Source of the DNA: Eubacteriales bacterium
GTDB taxonomy: Bacteria > Bacillota > Clostridia > Oscillospirales > SIG627
Assembly (NCBI GenBank): GCA_045531285.1
Contig: JAZSDT010000176.1
Location: 1-53,485 of the forward strand
DNA length: 53,485 nucleotides
Reading direction: 5' to 3'
Part shown: positions 37,221-46,656 of the stretch, one piece after another
Layout of the letters: each line of letters begins with the position of its first letter
How positions within the stretch are numbered: position 1 is the first letter of the stretch
The notes under the pieces: generated by a model
Seen by the model: only the letters and a program-made list of their open reading frames with translations
The model's database searches: none
Told to the model about the DNA's origin: nothing
Made by a program: the position numbers and the translations under genes

Positions 37221-40200
37221 TTATACGTTTTTACGGTCTATCTTGTAGTGAGTGAAGGTTTCCCATACGTCTCCCTTTAAAACTGTGCCGTTTTTAACAA
37301 AGGTGAAATACATCTTGTTATAAGAACCGCCTCCGTTATCGGCTATTGACATATAGGGCTTGATGAAGGTGTCATAATCGTTTACCGTCATTGTGAAATA
37401 CAGACCGCTTTCCTTACCGTATACAGTTACCGACGTAGTTCCGTCTACGTAGTAGGTACCGTGTTCGCTGAGATTGAGGTCAGCAGGCTCGGTAAGAGTC
37501 GTGTAAAATGCATCCGTGTACGTCTTTGTGGGAGGCATCATGGCAAGATACGAGTGGCTCAGCTGATATTCTCCCAGCCATTCTACCTTCTGTTCAAGTC
37601 TGATTCCCGCATGAGTCACGGTATATTCCTTATGGTGCTTCAAAACAGCCGTTGTATTGTTTGATGGGTCATAGCCTATGCTGTTTTCGATTATCTCGAG
37701 CTTTTTAAACTCGGTTGCCTTTGTAAGCGTTGTCACGTCTGTCTCAACGCCGTCAACGTAGAATTTGACGTCGGTCATTAATTCGTCACCGTGTGCCCAA
37801 CCTCCTATGAAATCGCCTCTGCCTGAAAGCATCAACGCCATATCCCATTCTGCATTTGGAGTTGTAATGGCAACAGGATTCTTTAATTCGTCATCACACA
37901 TATACGCTACCGAAAGTCTCCAGACGTCAGAATTGCGTGCTGTAGCATCACTCACCGTATGCACGTAAGTATGGTCTATGTATCCGTTCTCGGTAGGAAT
38001 ATAAAGATGTATTCCGTTCTGAGCACCTTCGATTGAAAATCCTGTATCGTATTTTACGTAAAGAGGCTTGGGGTTAACGTAAGCATCAGCCGATGCATAA
38101 TATCCAAACATAGCATTAGCCAGGCTTGCAAGACGAGTATTGTGGGAGTTCATCGCAGTTTTCAAATAGTTTGCCGCACTGTACTCTATCTCGTATGCCG
38201 TTCCTTCCTCGTCTTTTATTGTAAGAGTATACTGTGTTCCTATGTGCTGAGCGGGAATATCGGTTATATCGTAATAAATATATCCTTCCTTTTCACCGTA
38301 GGAGATATCGCACGTATATTTTGAATTGAATGCACTAATGTCCGAAACCGCAAAGTAATGTCTGATTGTAACGTTGTCCTTCAGAATAAGTGATGTGCCG
38401 TAGAATTCAACTCCGTCAAGCTTGGCATCTGTTCTTGAAGCAGACTCTATCAAATCCGTACTTGCCGCCGTTGTATATTTTTCAAGGTCACCGCCGTTAA
38501 AGTAGTTATCGGCATAGGCAACGTAGTTCTCCAGCTGAGAAATAAGGTCCAGAGCGTTTATAAATTTCTCGTCGCCTTCCGAAGCAAGAGCCTTTGACCT
38601 TTCCACGTAATCGGCAAAGGTAAGAGTTCCACCAAGATTGCTGTAGGAAACACGGCTTGAATCATTCTTGAGATAACCGCCAAGGTCACATTCGATTCGA
38701 ACGTTGTCAACGTCCTTTGCGGGAATGGAAACCGTCATTGAATAAAGACCTGTTTCGGAATCGAGTGTCACGGGAGTGGACCATGCAGTACCTGTAGAAA
38801 AATCAGAGGCACCGCCCTGTCTGTAAAGATTGTAATCGGGGTCGTCGGAGGTGCATTTGTAGTCCTCGTTTACCCTTGTCATATAGAAGTTCACATCCGA
38901 AACGGAATTGGTATCGATGTCCATATATACCTTGATTCCGATGGTTCCGTCGAGCACCAGGCTTGTGCCAACTACTGTAATTTCGGGTGACGTTATAGGT
39001 TCGGAAACGGGGCTTTCAAGATATTCGCTGTTCCCCAACGCTTTTACGGTATAATCCGCAGCTGCCTTAACCGCAGTGAAGGATGCACCCTTAAACGATG
39101 TCCATTCTTCTCCGTCAAAGGAATATGCGTAGGTAAGCTTTTCGTTGTAATTATCTACTGTAATTACGGCATTTTTTGTGCTCATAGAAAGCACAGGCTT
39201 CTCAGCAGGCATAATAGCATCAACAGAATATCCGTTTTTAATCAGATATACGTTGTAATCTCCGTTGTCACTGTCCTCGCAGTCAAAATATGAGCCGTCC
39301 GTAAGAACGTAGGGATGTATAACTATTCCGACTATATATCCGGTTGTGTTATCAAAATCCTCAAGGTTGACCGTAACGTTTGTTCCTGTCTTGGTGTAGC
39401 TTACGTCCTTATAAGCGATTCTGTCAACAAGCTCGTCGTTTTCATCGATTACCTTAAATACGAATTTAGTTTGTACCGTACCGTTGAGAGTAAAACAGCC
39501 CTGACGCAAGGAAACTCTGAATTTAAAGCTCTCAAAATCCGACATTGGAATAATCTCGTCGGGAGTGTATGCGTATGAGTAATATATGCTGTCACTGACC
39601 TTAGCCGCATTGGCACGGGCTGTTGCAAGTGCGTTTTCGTTTGATGCGTCTCTTATTGCCGTAGCCCAACTGCCGGAAATAGGCGTGCTTGAGCTTCCCA
39701 GGATAAGAGCATCAAAACCATAGGAAAGTGCAAGGCTGTTGGAGAGGGTAAGTCCTGTCCACTTAGCTTGGTTAAACTTTATTTTTCCGCCTGCGTCGGC
39801 GTAGCTTCCCGCGTTTACAACGTCAACAACGTCAAGAGTGGCTGTGCCCGCCTTGTTCAACGTGGGAGTGGTATGAAGAATGCTTGTAAGACTGTTTCCG
39901 GGAATGTATACGTAAGTATGATCCGAGCCGTTGTGACTGTAACCGTCACCGCTCAGCTTTACAGCAACAAGACCTGTCATCTCGGGATCAAATTCGCTTG
40001 CTCCGGCGGGAACGTACTTCCAAGCAGAAGCTTCAATGCCGTTTATATCAAACTGTGCATATTCATAGGCAAAAGCCTTTGAAAGTCCCTTGATAGCTCC
40101 GCTTTCGTATGAAAGTCCTTCGGGCTTCACGTCGGTGGAAGGAAGCTCGTCGGGAGTTGAAATTGTATACGTTGTGGTTGAAAGAGTGAGAGGGTATCTG

Positions 40201-41987
40201 AAACCGCCTGTGTCAACCTCGATAAAGCTATCGGGAGTGGTGTCGGTGTTGGGATATATCTCAAACGCCACCATCCAACCCTCTTCGGGAAGGAAATCGG
40301 CAAAGTTGACAGTACAGGAGAATGACTTTGCGTAATTCTGTGTATACTTGGCTTCATAGGTTTTAACTTCGCCGTTTCTGTCGGCAACGTATGCCACAAC
40401 CATTGTGGTAAGCTTGTCTGTAACAAGTGTTGAGTTATCGCAACGAAGCGAAAGCTTTAAGCTTGTTGCCTCGTCGGTACGTATAACGCCCTCTCTGTCA
40501 AAGGCATATTTATATTTGATATTATTAACGTTTTTGGAAAGATTTTCCGCCGCTTTATCAAAGGCTTCCTTTGCCGCTGCAAGAGTATCCTCGGTTGCGT
40601 TGTCAAGAGCAGTCTTTGCCGTATTGTATGCCGTCAGTGAAACCTGAGAGTGATTGAACAGAGTATATTTGCCAAGTCCTGTGGAATTACATACGTCACC
40701 CGACCACATTCCATGATAAAACAGCGCTCTGTCATAGCTTGACAGGTGACAGCAATTCATAATATGTGTACCCGCTTCGTTCAGGTCCAGAATATTCTGT
40801 CTTTCCGTGTTGTCGCCGTATGCATAAGCAATAGAATAATTGCTGACTTTACCGTCATATGACTCACGGACTGCGTAAAGTCCCACAAGGTCACGGTTTC
40901 TTGATGCGCTGTGGGTGTATTCAGTCCACTCACCAAACTCAAGACCTGTTCCGTTGCTCTTTATACGTGCTTCGGCTATCTCATAGGTTCTGTTCGGATC
41001 AACGCCGATAATACCAAAGCCGTCGTACACTGTAGGCGCAGGATACGTGCTTGGTGTAACCTTCAGCTTATTTTCTCCTTTGTTCATACCTATGTGCACG
41101 TAGCTTCTTGAATTCGTGTCCCAGTTACCTGAATATATTTCGTCGGGACAGTTGGCGTATGGCGCGTAGGTAATGGCAACAACGTAACCGTTTGAAGCCT
41201 TCATTTCCTCGGGAGCTACAACAGTAAGCTCGCCATATTCCTCAACGTTGGTCTCTACGGAATACGTTTCATATTCCTTTACACCGGGAACCTTTACAGT
41301 AAACGTAAACAAGCCCTTTGCGTCCTCAAGGGAATATCCGTTGGTATACTTCATACCACCCGTTCTCACTACAACCATAGGGAACGTGCAGGAAACGACC
41401 CTGTTTGCAGGAACGATCTGCGCCTGGGTAAATCCGTAAGAGAAGGATGATTCCTGGAGAAGATTGCTCTCTCCCGATATGGGTGTAGCATTTTCATATC
41501 CGGTGCCGCCTTCAACAGGGGTGACTACCTTTGTTTTATCAAAATAAATACAAACGGTGGGAACGGTTTCACTCTTCATGGAAGATTCAACAACGTTGGT
41601 ATAGACACCTGCTTTATTTATGGTCCATTTGCCCGGCTTAAAGGTGTCGCTGTATCCGCCGAATATATTACTTTCCACAGCTTCTGTTTGTGTATTCCAA
41701 AAGCTAAACTGTCCCATTTGAGCACCGTCAACAAAAAGCTGCTCGGGCTCGGAATCGCCTGCTTTTATATTCCATACACCAGCTTCAAGCTGGGTCTCGG
41801 ACGTGAGAGGCATATACGTGCCAAAGGTGTCGGTGGTAATATCATATTTTGACACCGTATAAGAAATTCCGTCCTGAAGTCCGCTTACTCTGCCCCGAAG
41901 GTCTACCTCGTAAGCGAAGGTTGAAAATGCAAGGAGTAATGCCAAGATAAAAGTAATTAATGCAATACGAACGATTTTCTTTGTCAT
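37221..41987 (-). CDS. Large secreted or cell-surface multidomain protein (~1588 aa)
   Basis: Signal peptide MTKKIVRIALITFILALLLAFSTFA after AGGAGG, three divergent ~300-aa repeats and two GTSL-x-L-x-x-x-I/V modules. Confidence 0.8.
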   Translation of the reverse strand: MTKKIVRIALITFILALLLAFSTFAYEVDLRGRVSGLQDGISYTVSKYDITTDTFGTYMPLTSETQLEAGVWNIKAGDSEPEQLFVDGAQMGQFSFWNTQTEAVESNIFGGYSDTFKPGKWTINKAGVYTNVVESSMKSETVPTVCIYFDKTKVVTPVEGGTGYENATPISGESNLLQESSFSYGFTQAQIVPANRVVSCTFPMVVVRTGGMKYTNGYSLEDAKGLFTFTVKVPGVKEYETYSVETNVEEYGELTVVAPEEMKASNGYVVAITYAPYANCPDEIYSGNWDTNSRSYVHIGMNKGENKLKVTPSTYPAPTVYDGFGIIGVDPNRTYEIAEARIKSNGTGLEFGEWTEYTHSASRNRDLVGLYAVRESYDGKVSNYSIAYAYGDNTERQNILDLNEAGTHIMNCCHLSSYDRALFYHGMWSGDVCNSTGLGKYTLFNHSQVSLTAYNTAKTALDNATEDTLAAAKEAFDKAAENLSKNVNNIKYKYAFDREGVIRTDEATSLKLSLRCDNSTLVTDKLTTMVVAYVADRNGEVKTYEAKYTQNYAKSFSCTVNFADFLPEEGWMVAFEIYPNTDTTPDSFIEVDTGGFRYPLTLSTTTYTISTPDELPSTDVKPEGLSYESGAIKGLSKAFAYEYAQFDINGIEASAWKYVPAGASEFDPEMTGLVAVKLSGDGYSHNGSDHTYVYIPGNSLTSILHTTPTLNKAGTATLDVVDVVNAGSYADAGGKIKFNQAKWTGLTLSNSLALSYGFDALILGSSSTPISGSWATAIRDASNENALATARANAAKVSDSIYYSYAYTPDEIIPMSDFESFKFRVSLRQGCFTLNGTVQTKFVFKVIDENDELVDRIAYKDVSYTKTGTNVTVNLEDFDNTTGYIVGIVIHPYVLTDGSYFDCEDSDNGDYNVYLIKNGYSVDAIMPAEKPVLSMSTKNAVITVDNYNEKLTYAYSFDGEEWTSFKGASFTAVKAAADYTVKALGNSEYLESPVSEPITSPEITVVGTSLVLDGTIGIKVYMDIDTNSVSDVNFYMTRVNEDYKCTSDDPDYNLYRQGGASDFSTGTAWSTPVTLDSETGLYSMTVSIPAKDVDNVRIECDLGGYLKNDSSRVSYSNLGGTLTFADYVERSKALASEGDEKFINALDLISQLENYVAYADNYFNGGDLEKYTTAASTDLIESASRTDAKLDGVEFYGTSLILKDNVTIRHYFAVSDISAFNSKYTCDISYGEKEGYIYYDITDIPAQHIGTQYTLTIKDEEGTAYEIEYSAANYLKTAMNSHNTRLASLANAMFGYYASADAYVNPKPLYVKYDTGFSIEGAQNGIHLYIPTENGYIDHTYVHTVSDATARNSDVWRLSVAYMCDDELKNPVAITTPNAEWDMALMLSGRGDFIGGWAHGDELMTDVKFYVDGVETDVTTLTKATEFKKLEIIENSIGYDPSNNTTAVLKHHKEYTVTHAGIRLEQKVEWLGEYQLSHSYLAMMPPTKTYTDAFYTTLTEPADLNLSEHGTYYVDGTTSVTVYGKESGLYFTMTVNDYDTFIKPYMSIADNGGGSYNKMYFTFVKNGTVLKGDVWETFTHYKIDRKNV

Positions 41988-42090
41988 TGTAGTTTTTCCT
42001 CCTAAAAATATCTTCACATTGTAATTATATCAGGTTTTATTAAAGATTACATTGATATTATTGCTTAAAACATTGAAAATATTGACAACA

Positions 42091-42350
42091 GCGGAGAGCC
42101 TCCGCTGGCAATGCTCGCCTATCGTTGCCTTTGAGTAAACCATACAATGTAAAACGGCGAGGTTGATTTAATACAATTTCTCTGTAAATAAAAAAGCGGA
42201 GTGCCTCCGACGGCAATGCTCGCCTATCGTTGCCTTTGAGTAAACCATACAATGCAAAACGGCGAGGTTGATTTAATACAATTTCTCGGTAAATAAAAAA
42301 GCGGAGAACCTCCGCTGGCTATTTTCACCCATCCAAAGTCTTACACGCTC
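42091..42350 (+). repeat. Tandem repeat copies K (42091), L (42196) and degenerate M (42301)
   Basis: Exact 105-bp period. K and L are near-identical with 27-nt variable segments. M keeps GCGGAGAACCTCCGCTGGC and then decays. Confidence 0.93.
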
Positions 42351-42388
42351 AAATAAAGCAAGACGGCTTAACGCCGTCTTGCTTATTT
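42351..42388. terminator. Terminator downstream of the P-II-like gene
   Basis: AAATAAAGCAAGACGGC-TTAAC-GCCGTCTTGCTTATTT. Confidence 0.85.
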
Positions 42389-42391
42389 CGT

Positions 42392-43054
42392 TTACAGTCC
42401 AAACACTTCATCCAGCGCAAAAGCCGAAACAACACCGTGTGCTTCTGTGTTTATTCCGCATTTTGCTGTGATAGCATTCATTACATCCGCTTTTTTCTCT
42501 CTGGGAACCAGTATAAGAACAAAGTCCTGTTCTTCCATAAGAGGAACACCAAGCGTTTCGGATATCTCATGCGTTCCGTCACGCATACCCTTCATTATCG
42601 TTCCGCCTCTGGCACCTGCACTGCGTGCCGCTTCTACAACTTCTTCACTAAAACCACCTGCAACGGCTGTAAGTATAGCAACATAAGGGGTTTGTTCTTT
42701 CATTTGGTTTTCATCTCCTTGTGTCTGATGTAATATCGCCATTATCTGACTTTGCATGCTTATGGGGGACAGAGTAAAGGCTATTCCGTGTCCCTTTTGT
42801 GAAAAGGAAAGCTTTTCTTCAAGATTCTTGAACAGCGTAGCTGTTCCCGATTTATCTATAAAGCCTGCCGTTATGAGCTTTTCGCGTCCGCTGAGTCCAA
42901 AAAGGTCCATTATTGCGGAGGGTGCCGTTCCCTGACCGTGACAAGTAAAGGAAATAGCCATTCCCGATTGCTCGAAAACTTCTTTCAATTTCTTTTCGTT
43001 GCCCGTATTGGTAATGGTTACTGCCAAACGGGGAGATAATTTCATTTCGTTCAT
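42392..43054 (-). CDS. Tandem two-domain P-II-like protein
   Basis: Two GlnB-like halves (TCHGQGTA...GHGIAF and AARSAGARGGT...AHGVV). Overlaps the DUF1538 gene by ATGA. Confidence 0.78.
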   Translation of the reverse strand: MNEMKLSPRLAVTITNTGNEKKLKEVFEQSGMAISFTCHGQGTAPSAIMDLFGLSGREKLITAGFIDKSGTATLFKNLEEKLSFSQKGHGIAFTLSPISMQSQIMAILHQTQGDENQMKEQTPYVAILTAVAGGFSEEVVEAARSAGARGGTIMKGMRDGTHEISETLGVPLMEEQDFVLILVPREKKADVMNAITAKCGINTEAHGVVSAFALDEVFGL

Positions 43055-44574
43055 TGTTCGTCCTCCAAATCAACAATCTCATCCGGAGCATCCGTCTGTA
43101 CAGGTGCAACTGTTGAAACTGCCTTGCTCTTATGAGCATAAATAAGACCCATGAGCTGTATAGTAAGGAGAGGAGACAGTGCAACCAGCGCAACAACGCC
43201 AAAGGCATCTGTTACAACGTTTCCACCAACACCTATACATGAGCCCATCGCCAAGGGTAAAAGGAAGGTGGAAGTCATAGGACCACTGGCAACTCCGCCC
43301 GAGTCAAATGCAATACCTACAAAAACCGAGGGTACAAAATAGCTGAGAATTAAAGCGATAACGTAACCGGGTATTATTATCCAATATATATTAATTCCCG
43401 TAATTACTCTAACCATCGAAAGCACTACGGCACCGGAAACACCTATTGACAAAGCGGTATTCATCATCTTGTGAGAAACTATACCGCCTGTTATTTCGTC
43501 AATCTGCGCGTTGAGCACCTGTACGGCAGGCTCGGCTTTTACTATAAAGTAGCCTACCAACGCGCCGATGGGGATAAGCAAGAGCTTATATTCGCCAGAG
43601 CCAATCGCCTTTCCCAAAAGGTTACCTACAGGGGCAAAGCCAACGTTTACACCCGTAAGGAAAAGTATAAGACCGATTATTGTATATACAAATCCAATAA
43701 GCATTCTTCCTGCCTGCAAAGGACGGTATGCACGTGTAAAAATCTGGTAAATGGCAAACACGCCTATGACGGGAAGGATGCTGATGCAAACCTCTTTGGC
43801 ATAGTGGGGAAACTGGTGGTAAAAATAATTAGTTACGTCTGTGGTAGAAATAATAGGTGTCAGCTCAGGGCTGTAGTAATGTGCCTCACCGGGATTGTAG
43901 AAGGTACCGAGGAGCAGCACCGACAGAATAGGACCTATGGAGCAAAGGGCTATAAGACCGAAGCTATCGTTTGTGCTGTCTTTATCACCTCTAACGGCGG
44001 CAAAACCCACACCCAATGTCATAATAAACGGTACGGTCATAGGACCTGTAGTTACACCGCCCGAGTCAAAAGCAACGGGGATAAACGAATTAGGTGCAAA
44101 AAATGATATAGCGAATACCAGCACGTAAAATACGGTAAGTATTCTTGAGAGACTGATTTTCAAATAGATTCTCAAAAACGCTATAACAAGGAACACTCCC
44201 ACACCGATGGCGACCGTGTAAATAAGTACGTTGTTTGGTATGGATGCCACCTGATTTGCCAGAACCTGAAGGTCAGGCTCGGCAATGGTAATAATAATAC
44301 CCATTACAAGACAAAGAGCAAGTATAAACGGAAGTTTCTTTGTTTTTATCATTGACGTACCAATACTCCTGCCAAGAGGTGTTATGGACATCTCCGCACC
44401 CAGCTGAAAGAAGCCCATTCCTACAATAAGAAGTACCGCTCCCACCAAAAACAATGCGAGCGTTCCTATATCCATTTTGCCAAGCGGCGTAATGCTAAGA
44501 AAGAGTACGATCAGCGTTATGGGCAAAACGCTTGAAAGCGACTCATTGATTTTTTCTTTGAGTTTTTCGTTCAA
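43051..44574 (-). CDS. DUF1538 family membrane protein (two fused domains)
   Basis: Duplicated AEP and AFDSGGV-x-x-GPMT motifs. TTG start after AGGAGG. Confidence 0.85.
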   Translation of the reverse strand: MNEKLKEKINESLSSVLPITLIVLFLSITPLGKMDIGTLALFLVGAVLLIVGMGFFQLGAEMSITPLGRSIGTSMIKTKKLPFILALCLVMGIIITIAEPDLQVLANQVASIPNNVLIYTVAIGVGVFLVIAFLRIYLKISLSRILTVFYVLVFAISFFAPNSFIPVAFDSGGVTTGPMTVPFIMTLGVGFAAVRGDKDSTNDSFGLIALCSIGPILSVLLLGTFYNPGEAHYYSPELTPIISTTDVTNYFYHQFPHYAKEVCISILPVIGVFAIYQIFTRAYRPLQAGRMLIGFVYTIIGLILFLTGVNVGFAPVGNLLGKAIGSGEYKLLLIPIGALVGYFIVKAEPAVQVLNAQIDEITGGIVSHKMMNTALSIGVSGAVVLSMVRVITGINIYWIIIPGYVIALILSYFVPSVFVGIAFDSGGVASGPMTSTFLLPLAMGSCIGVGGNVVTDAFGVVALVALSPLLTIQLMGLIYAHKSKAVSTVAPVQTDAPDEIVDLEDEQ

Positions 44575-44733
44575 GTCTCTGCCTCCTTTTTGTTTGTATA
44601 CTTATATTATACAGGCAAAAAAACAATAAAGCATCAACAATTATTGAATTTTTGCACTGTAAGACTTTTCCTATTTATTATATAGGATATACTTTTCTTT
44701 GTCAAGACAAAGAGGCGTCAAATACAATTATAT

Positions 44734-45576
44734 TTACACTTTAGTACTCTCTGTTTTTGACAACGTTTTTCTTCTCTCACCGGGAGTTATGCCCATAATA
44801 TTCTTAAATACTCTGCAAAAGCATTTTGTTTCCGTGAAGCCTACGGCAGACGCTATCTTTGAAACCGACATTGCGGTCTCGTCAAGATAAACACAGGCAG
44901 TTTCCACACGCTGTCGGTTAAGCACGTTGTGAAAGGTCTCTCCTGTAATTTTTTTGAATATTTTACAAAAATTGCTCTTCCCGTAGCCTGTAGCCTCTGC
45001 CGCCATATCCACCGTAATAGGCTCTGCGTATCTGTTATGTATCATTTCAAGAGCCTTTTCTATATTTGCTACAGCCTTCAGATCTGCCGTCGTTTCTTGA
45101 GTGCTTTGCGCATATTCCGACAATATATAACCGCATATTTTATATATGTTTCCCATGATTATAAACTCGCTGAATTCGTCTGCACAGCCATACAAGGAAA
45201 CGGTTTCTTCAAGGGCGTTTCGAAGGTTTTTCAGGTTTTCGGTGCTGCCGTCAAGATTTTGTAATGCAGAAGAAAGTCTGCCTCCGGAAAACGCCTTGAA
45301 CCTTTTTCGCAAAAGTGACGGACCTACCTCCAGCACAACGATAAAGCATTCCTTTCCGTTATAAACGACCTCGTGAGCCTCCATAGGCGCAATAATCATA
45401 AGATTACCTGCCGTTACAGTATAAACCTGTTTGCCGATTCGCAGCTCGAAGCTGCCGGATCTACAGTATATAAACTCTGCTTCGGGATGCCTGTGCTCCT
45501 GGAATCCGCTCTCGTTATGATATCCGCATGACAAAATATACGGCGTGTCTCCCATAAGTAATTTTTGGTAAAGCAT
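44734..45576 (-). CDS. AraC family regulator with cupin domain
   Basis: FQEHRHPEAE cupin motif and VGFTETKCFCRVFK...GITP. Confidence 0.9.
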   Translation of the reverse strand: MLYQKLLMGDTPYILSCGYHNESGFQEHRHPEAEFIYCRSGSFELRIGKQVYTVTAGNLMIIAPMEAHEVVYNGKECFIVVLEVGPSLLRKRFKAFSGGRLSSALQNLDGSTENLKNLRNALEETVSLYGCADEFSEFIIMGNIYKICGYILSEYAQSTQETTADLKAVANIEKALEMIHNRYAEPITVDMAAEATGYGKSNFCKIFKKITGETFHNVLNRQRVETACVYLDETAMSVSKIASAVGFTETKCFCRVFKNIMGITPGERRKTLSKTESTKV

Positions 45577-45769
45577 ACATTACACCTCGAAAAAATGATA
45601 GCACAACATACGCTCGGTGTCAAGATTTCGTTAGTGAATTTTTGGGAATTATACAAGAATTATATGGATTGTAAATATAATATTGCAATGTTATAATTCA
45701 ATAGGTTTCGTTGTACTTCTTATGTCAAAGTCATCCAAATAAATTCAATACAAATCGGAAAGTTTTATT

Positions 45770-46636
45770 ATGATCTACTATTTTATGCTGATATGTGCCG
45801 CGGCGTTATTTTCGGTACAGTTTTTCTTTCAGAAAAAATTTGAATCCTCTTTTGGAACAGACGTAAAAAGTGCTCTTGTCTTCTCGGCGGGAACCGGCTT
45901 TGGAATGGCTTTTATCTCGCTTATAATAGCACTTTTTACAAACGGAATACATATAACACTGTTTTCCGCTGCAGTCGGTCTGGTCCACGGTCTTGCCAGC
46001 TTTCTTTTTATGTACTGCTCGCTTAAAGCGCTGCAATATGCCAACCTTTCGGTCTTCTCGGTCTTTTCTATGTTGGGCGGTATGCTTCTCCCCTTTTTTT
46101 ATGGAATACTTCTTGCTCCCGAAAAAGAAGCTCTTACTGCAGGAAAGATCGTCTGCTGTGCGCTGATAAGCCTTGCGGTAATCTGTACTGTATCGGGCGG
46201 TAAAAGCAGTAACAAAAAAGCCTATTTTTACTACGTTGCCGTATTCATAACCAACGGAATAACAAGCGTTTGTGCCTCGGTGCATCAGAATTACCCAAGC
46301 CTCAACACAGACAGCTACAGTTATATGGTAATTTCAAGTGCTTGGCTTATGATTTTAGGTCTTTTGTTTTTACCTTTTTGTAAGGGTCAAAAAAGAAAGG
46401 TTACAAGAAGTGTCGCTTTGCAGATGGCAGGCTTTTCCCTTTGTAGCGGAACAGGAAATATTATTTTAATGCTTGCTCTTCTTGTGCTTGACGCATCGGT
46501 TCAGTTTCCTTATTCAACCGGTGCGGCTGTAGTGTTCTCGGCGCTTATCACTCTTATTATGGGTGAAAAGATGAAAAAGAATGAAATTGTTTCTGTAATA
46601 ATAGCTTTCATTGCTACTGTAGCAATGATGTTTTAA
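45770..46636 (+). CDS. DMT/EamA-like transporter
   Basis: About 10 hydrophobic segments in two repeats. Co-transcribed with the GH1 gene. Confidence 0.72.
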   Translation: MIYYFMLICAAALFSVQFFFQKKFESSFGTDVKSALVFSAGTGFGMAFISLIIALFTNGIHITLFSAAVGLVHGLASFLFMYCSLKALQYANLSVFSVFSMLGGMLLPFFYGILLAPEKEALTAGKIVCCALISLAVICTVSGGKSSNKKAYFYYVAVFITNGITSVCASVHQNYPSLNTDSYSYMVISSAWLMILGLLFLPFCKGQKRKVTRSVALQMAGFSLCSGTGNIILMLALLVLDASVQFPYSTGAAVVFSALITLIMGEKMKKNEIVSVIIAFIATVAMMF

Positions 46637-46656
46637 TATTTGAAAGGAATTTTACT

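Noticed and set aside
42058-42252. 64-aa ORF with an internal duplication (also ORFs 28588..28815, 28656..28991 and 36580..36774)
   Set aside because: These are antisense or off-frame translations of the repeat and neighbouring genes, with no RBS support seen.
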